A stretch of 64,000 nt of DNA from Cyanophora paradoxa CCMP329 (Eukaryota > Plantae > Glaucophyta). The translations under genes and the position numbers were made by a program. Below, one piece after another: positions 59,739-64,000 of the stretch (within the stretch, counting starts at the first letter, position 1; every line of letters begins with the position of its first letter). The notes beneath the pieces were generated by a model. That model was not told the origin of the DNA and ran no database searches. It saw nothing but the letters and a program-made list of their open reading frames with translations. Location: the NCBI GenBank assembly GCA_004431415.1, contig QPMI01000679.1, positions 1 to 64,000 on the forward strand, read 5' to 3'.

Positions 59739-62700
59739 CTATGGGTCGACAGTCGACGGGTCGACGGCCCGGCTGCAACTAGCTATAGAGCCGTCCATGT
59801 CCACCATGTCCAGCACACCCAGGTCGAGCTTCAGCTCCGACAAGGGACTGTCGGGCCCGCGACCCATTTGCATCCCTATGCCCGCCGGCGCCGCCTGTGC
59901 CGGCGCCCCTGGGGTCTCGAGCTCGGCGGCGGCTGCAGCTGGCGCTTGCGTGGGTGCGGGAGCGGCAGCTGGGGTGCCCGGCTGCAGCTGGGGAGCCTGT
60001 ACGGGGGTACCGAAGTAGACGAGGGTCACGGGTACCAGAGCGAAGGTGGGGGCCGCCTCCGCCGGCGGCGGCGCCGGCTGCGGCGGTTGCGAAGGGGGGT
60101 ACGGGGATCCGGAGAAGAAGGCGAACTGGGGGGCGAGGGCGCGGAAGCCGGGGTCGGAGGAGGGGAGGGCGGCGGGGGCGAGGGGCCGGGCCCGCGGCGG
60201 CTGCGGGGGCGGCGCCGGGGCCGGCTCCTTTTTCTTCTTTGAGACGCGCTTCTTGCGCCAGGAGGGCATTCCGGACAAGTCCAGAGGCTTCGAGGGTACA
60301 GCCGCCTCCGGCCCCGCTCTGCGCCCGTTCTCAGCCGGTGGGGGGAGCGGGGAGGGGGTACACGCACCGGGGAGCGATGGGCCGAGCCATGCGGAGCGCA
60401 GGGGGCGCGTCGGCGCGCGGCACGGCGGCCGTTGGCAAAGGTGCGGGGGCGGGAGCGGAGGGGCCCGGGGCGGAGGGGACCGGGGCGGAGAAGGGTACGG
60501 GGGCGGGGAAGGGTACGGGAACAGAGGGCGCGGACATGCGGCGCTTCGAAGAGTGGGCGGCTGCGTCCCACTCCGCGCGCTCCGCGTCGGAGAGGCGCGC
60601 CCACTGCCCCGCGACCCGCGCCGCCACAGCCTCTGCATCCAGCCTGCAGGGCGGGTCCGGGAGTGAGTGAGGCCGGGGGCGCACAGGCTGGGGACCCGGG
60701 GCGCGGGGTACGGGCTCACTCCGGCTCGGACTGCAGGATGGCGTCCGCGCGCTCGAACGTGAAGAGCATCCGCCTGCGGGAGTGTATCGCTTGGGCCCCG
60801 GGGGGACCTTCAGCTTGGGGCGGGCCGGGACGCCTGCGCACCCGCCGTCCGACGGGCCGGACTCTGCGTTGGGGTCCCCCTCCTCGGGCCGGGGCCGAGC
60901 GAGGGCCTTGGGCGGGACCACCGGGCGCGGCAGCGTCGGCGGCGGCGGCGGCGCCTCGCCGCCCTCGGCGGCGGGGGCGGGGCCGGCGGGGCGGCGCAGC
61001 TGCGGCACTGCGCGGGCGGCGCTGTCAGCCGCGTCGCCTCAGGTGCCGAGGCGGGCGGGGCGGGGGGGGGGGGGGGGGGGGGGGGCGGGGGGCGGGGCGC
61101 GCGGTCGGCGAGGGACATGGACTCGAGGCGGAGGGCGAGCTCCAGCGACGCCCGCGCCGCCTCCGCAGACTGCTCAGATCGGATCAGATCGGATCAGATC
61201 AGATATGATCTGAGGGGCGGGCGCACGCGGGCGAGGACGCGGGGGGCGATGAGGCCCTCGACCTCGGGGACGGTCCCGTGGAGGGCGCCAGGGCCCGCCG
61301 CCGCCGCCCGCTCCTCCGCCGCCAGTCCCTCTTCCTGCGGGGCGGGGCGGGACGGCGTCGGACGGACGGAAAGCAAAGGGCGAGGGGGAGGCCGAGTGGG
61401 GCGGGGCGCGCCTTTATGCCCACGAAGTCGTAGAAAAGCTCGTTAGTCTTGGGGGCAGGCGCCCGCTCCGGCGGCTCCGGCGGACCCCGGCCCGCCTCCG
61501 GCCTCGGCCCGGGCCCGAGCTCCGCGGCCCGCTGGGGCGAGAAGGCGTGCAGCACGAAGGGCGAGGGGCCGAGGCGCAGGCCGCCCGGGCGCCGCAGCTG
61601 TAAAGGAGGGCCGGCCGAGCCGGAGAGGAACGAGAGGGGCCCCGTGGAGCGCGCGGATCCCGCCGCGGCGCACGCCTTTGCGTACTCCGACAGGACCACC
61701 CGAACCTGCCGCGGGCCGGGCCGGGCCGGGCTGAGAGCTGAGAGGGGGGGGGGGGGGGGGGGGCGCTATGCTAAAACCGAGGGGGCGGCCGCACGGCGCT
61801 CAGGCTGGTCTTGGCCCAGACGCGGGCGAAGAGCTGCGAGTGGAGCGCGTCCGGCAGGAACGCCATCACGTCCCGCCTCCTGTCCAGAAGCGTGCATTTG
61901 ATCCTGTACCCCCTGGTCTTCAGCAGAGGAGGGCGGGGCGGAGCGGGGTACACGGCGCGCCTGCACCCGGGCCCGTCGGGGGCGGGGGCGACCTGATAAG
62001 CCACGATCGAGCGGTGCGTCGATAGGTACTTCCGCATCGTCCTGCGCCAGAAGGGCTCATATGAGCCGCACGGGACAGGGGTACGGGGCGTGCGGCGGCG
62101 CACCAGACGGATCCCCCGCCGGGGTACTGCTCCAGCTCGACTGGGATCTTGAGGAGGAGGCCGGAGCCGTCCGGCAGCCGCCACGTCGTGAACAGCATCT
62201 GCGCGCGCGTCACCGACGTTAGCGCGGTACCCCCGAAGGCTCTAGATCTTAATCCCAGCAGGGGGAGCGCGCACGAGAGCCTGGAGGGACCAGCCGAAAT
62301 AATTGTGCCTGTCCGCCCAGACCTGGATGCGCCCTAGGTCCTCCGGGTCCCCCGGGTCGGGTCCCCGCAGCTCCTCCACCAGCTCCTCCGACACGATGAA
62401 CTGGGGGGGGGGGTAGAGGGGAGGGGGGTAGAGGAGCGAGTCGGTCGGTTCCGGTGGGGGTACAGCAATGCAAGCGAGAAGGAGGGGTACAGGCCCCGGA
62501 CCTCATTGAATTCCTTGGCGCGGTTGCGGGACATGATACCCCGGACGGCGAAGGCGTGGGGCAGGTCGGGGGCGTCCACGACGCAGCGGAAGATGCGCGC
62601 GGGGGCGCTGGGGTCCGAATCCACAGTGACGAGCCTGCCCCGAAGCTCGAAGCTCGCGGGGGCAGGGGCAAAGCGCCGGGCGGGCGCGGCGGCGGACCGG

Positions 62701-62924
62701 GCCTCCACGGCGACGTCGATGTTTGCGTCCTTGTGCTCGACGATGACGCGCCAGTCCGCCGCCGACCCCGCCAGCATCTCCCGCAGCGTGAACCCAAACA
62801 GCTCCTCCAAGTGCTCGACGTCGAGCGCGGCAATCCCCGCCGAGCCCGGCGACGATCCTGCCCCAGCCGGCGAAGAACCCGCCCAGCCCGGCGAAGAATC
62901 GGAACTCGCCTCGTCCGCATTCAT
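59739..62924 (-). CDS. Multi-exon protein with an HMG-box-like domain and Pro-rich tail (model uncertain)
   Basis: DPNA...PKR...MLFTFERADAILQSEP.|LDAEAVAARVAGQWARLSDAERAEWDAAA at ~60560-60870; upstream exons unrecognised. Confidence 0.5.
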
Positions 62925-63330
62925 CGCTGCGCTGCCCAGCCTGCCCTCCGCTCAAGGCCGAATCGCAGGGACGTCGACTTCACATGCTGCATGTAGAGCA
63001 CATATCAGAGCGCTGCCCACGCGCTCGCCCTAGAGGTTCTGAAAGCTCGCAACGAAACGCAACGCTCACCTCGGAGGACAGCTGAACAACGACGGGACGA
63101 CGCAGAACGCTCTTCTTATCTACTCGCTCTGTGCTGGGAATCACGTATACCACGCTGGGCGCTGGGCGGGCCCGACGGCTGTCTGAGATGCTTCTGGATT
63201 CTAGAACGAGCAGAAGCGCAGCTGTGGGAGCTCCCCTCGCAGTGCCGGATCCGGCGCGGCGAGGCCCCAGGTCGACGTCTGCAGCTTACGACGATGCCCG
63301 TACCCGGCCCCAGAGATTTCCCCCCCTGAG

Positions 63331-64000
63331 ATGGTGCTCACCGGCGAGTTCGCCCGCATCGCGGGCGTGGCGGACCAGAAGAGGAAGGTCGAGGAGTACA
63401 AGACGCTCCTTGGCCAGATCTTCGCCCGGAAAGCGGCCCCCGAGCTGAAGTCATTCGTTGAGCACAGTGCGCCCGCCGCCTTCGAGCGCAGCCGCGCGTA
63501 CCGCAACCGCGGTACGCGTGTTCGTACCGCTCTCCCTGACCGCTCCGGCGCAGTGGTCTCTGAGGAAGTCCCCCTCGTCGTCTCGCGCCAGCTGCTACAT
63601 GCATTCGCAAATTCACTCAAGACATTAGACAAGGAGCAGCACAAGGCGGTCGCACAGCACGCGCTCGAGAAGATCCAGGCGCGTGTGGTCTCGTTCGAGG
63701 AGCAGGTCACAGTCATACGGGAGGAGCTGGCGCAACTGCACGAAAACGACGAGGAGTGGGGCTTGGCGGCCAAGGTCCTCGCTGCAATACCGCTCGAGTC
63801 CGGCATCCGGTCGGCCCGGCCCCCTGCGACGCGCTGCCGCGCCTCCGGCCGACCGTCGTGCGCCGCGCAGCGTGGTCGAGGACGACTTCAAGATGGAGAA
63901 GTACGTCAAGATCGCGCAGCTGTACCTCGAGGACGACGAGTCGATCCAGGCGGAGGTGCCCCCCGCGCCGCGCCGGCGCTCCGCTCAGCGCGCCCCGGCC
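63331..64000 (+). CDS. CSN4: COP9 signalosome subunit 4 (5' part, runs off window)
   Basis: MVSEEVPLVVSRQLL...ALEKIQARVVSFEEQVTVIREELAQLHE.DEEW..AAKVLAAIPLESGIR|...KYVKIAQLYLEDD. Confidence 0.93.
   Translation, partial: MVLTGEFARIAGVADQKRKVEEYKTLLGQIFARKAAPELKSFVEHSAPAAFERSRAYRNRGTRVRTALPDRSGAVVSEEVPLVVSRQLLHAFANSLKTLDKEQHKAVAQHALEKIQARVVSFEEQVTVIREELAQLHENDEEWGLAAKVLAAIPLESGIRSARPPATRCRASGRPSCAAQRGRGRLQDGEVRQDRAAVPRGRRVDPGGGAPRAAPALRSARPG

Noticed and set aside
1-64000. Cyanobacterial HIP1 (GCGATCGC) enrichment
   Set aside because: Present only sporadically; the palindrome excess spans many different 6-mers and fits the X.rc(X).X rule better.

Overview
Intron-rich, very GC-rich eukaryotic genomic DNA. 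Short GT/GC-AG introns, plastid transit peptides with an early Phe, and a CatSper3-like channel suggest a glaucophyte such as Cyanophora (inference, not a database match). Most long ORFs in the track are spurious; the gene models below were spliced by eye, so ends are approximate. Left flank (1-29.6 kb): PES/ELT-like alpha/beta hydrolase, Rdx/SelW-family protein, PLAC8, CvfB-like S1 protein, CatSper3-like channel head-to-head with eEF2 kinase, and a ~16.6 kb Cys-rich membrane-protein gene. Right flank (48.7-64 kb): multi-cassette LRR + 2xRING gene, nucleotide-sugar transporter, WD40 gene, HMG-box gene and CSN4 (partial). Between them lies a ~19 kb visibly lower-GC island. It holds three paralogous signal-peptide-bearing prolyl-4-hydroxylase-like 2OG/Fe(II) oxygenases sharing an unusual HxD-A-C-C-x2-D-C-x2-W-Y motif, bracketed by two secreted (Ser-Pro)n-rich, probably GPI-anchored proteins: a candidate enzyme-plus-substrate surface-glycoprotein cluster. 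The island also holds a hAT MITE, a TA-target MITE, a tRNA-derived SINE-like element and an apparently disrupted DEDDy exonuclease. Local duplicates reveal a recurrent insertion rule X -> X.revcomp(X).X (X = 2-3 nt) that resembles hairpin-type transposon excision footprints and could explain the palindrome enrichment seen across the window.
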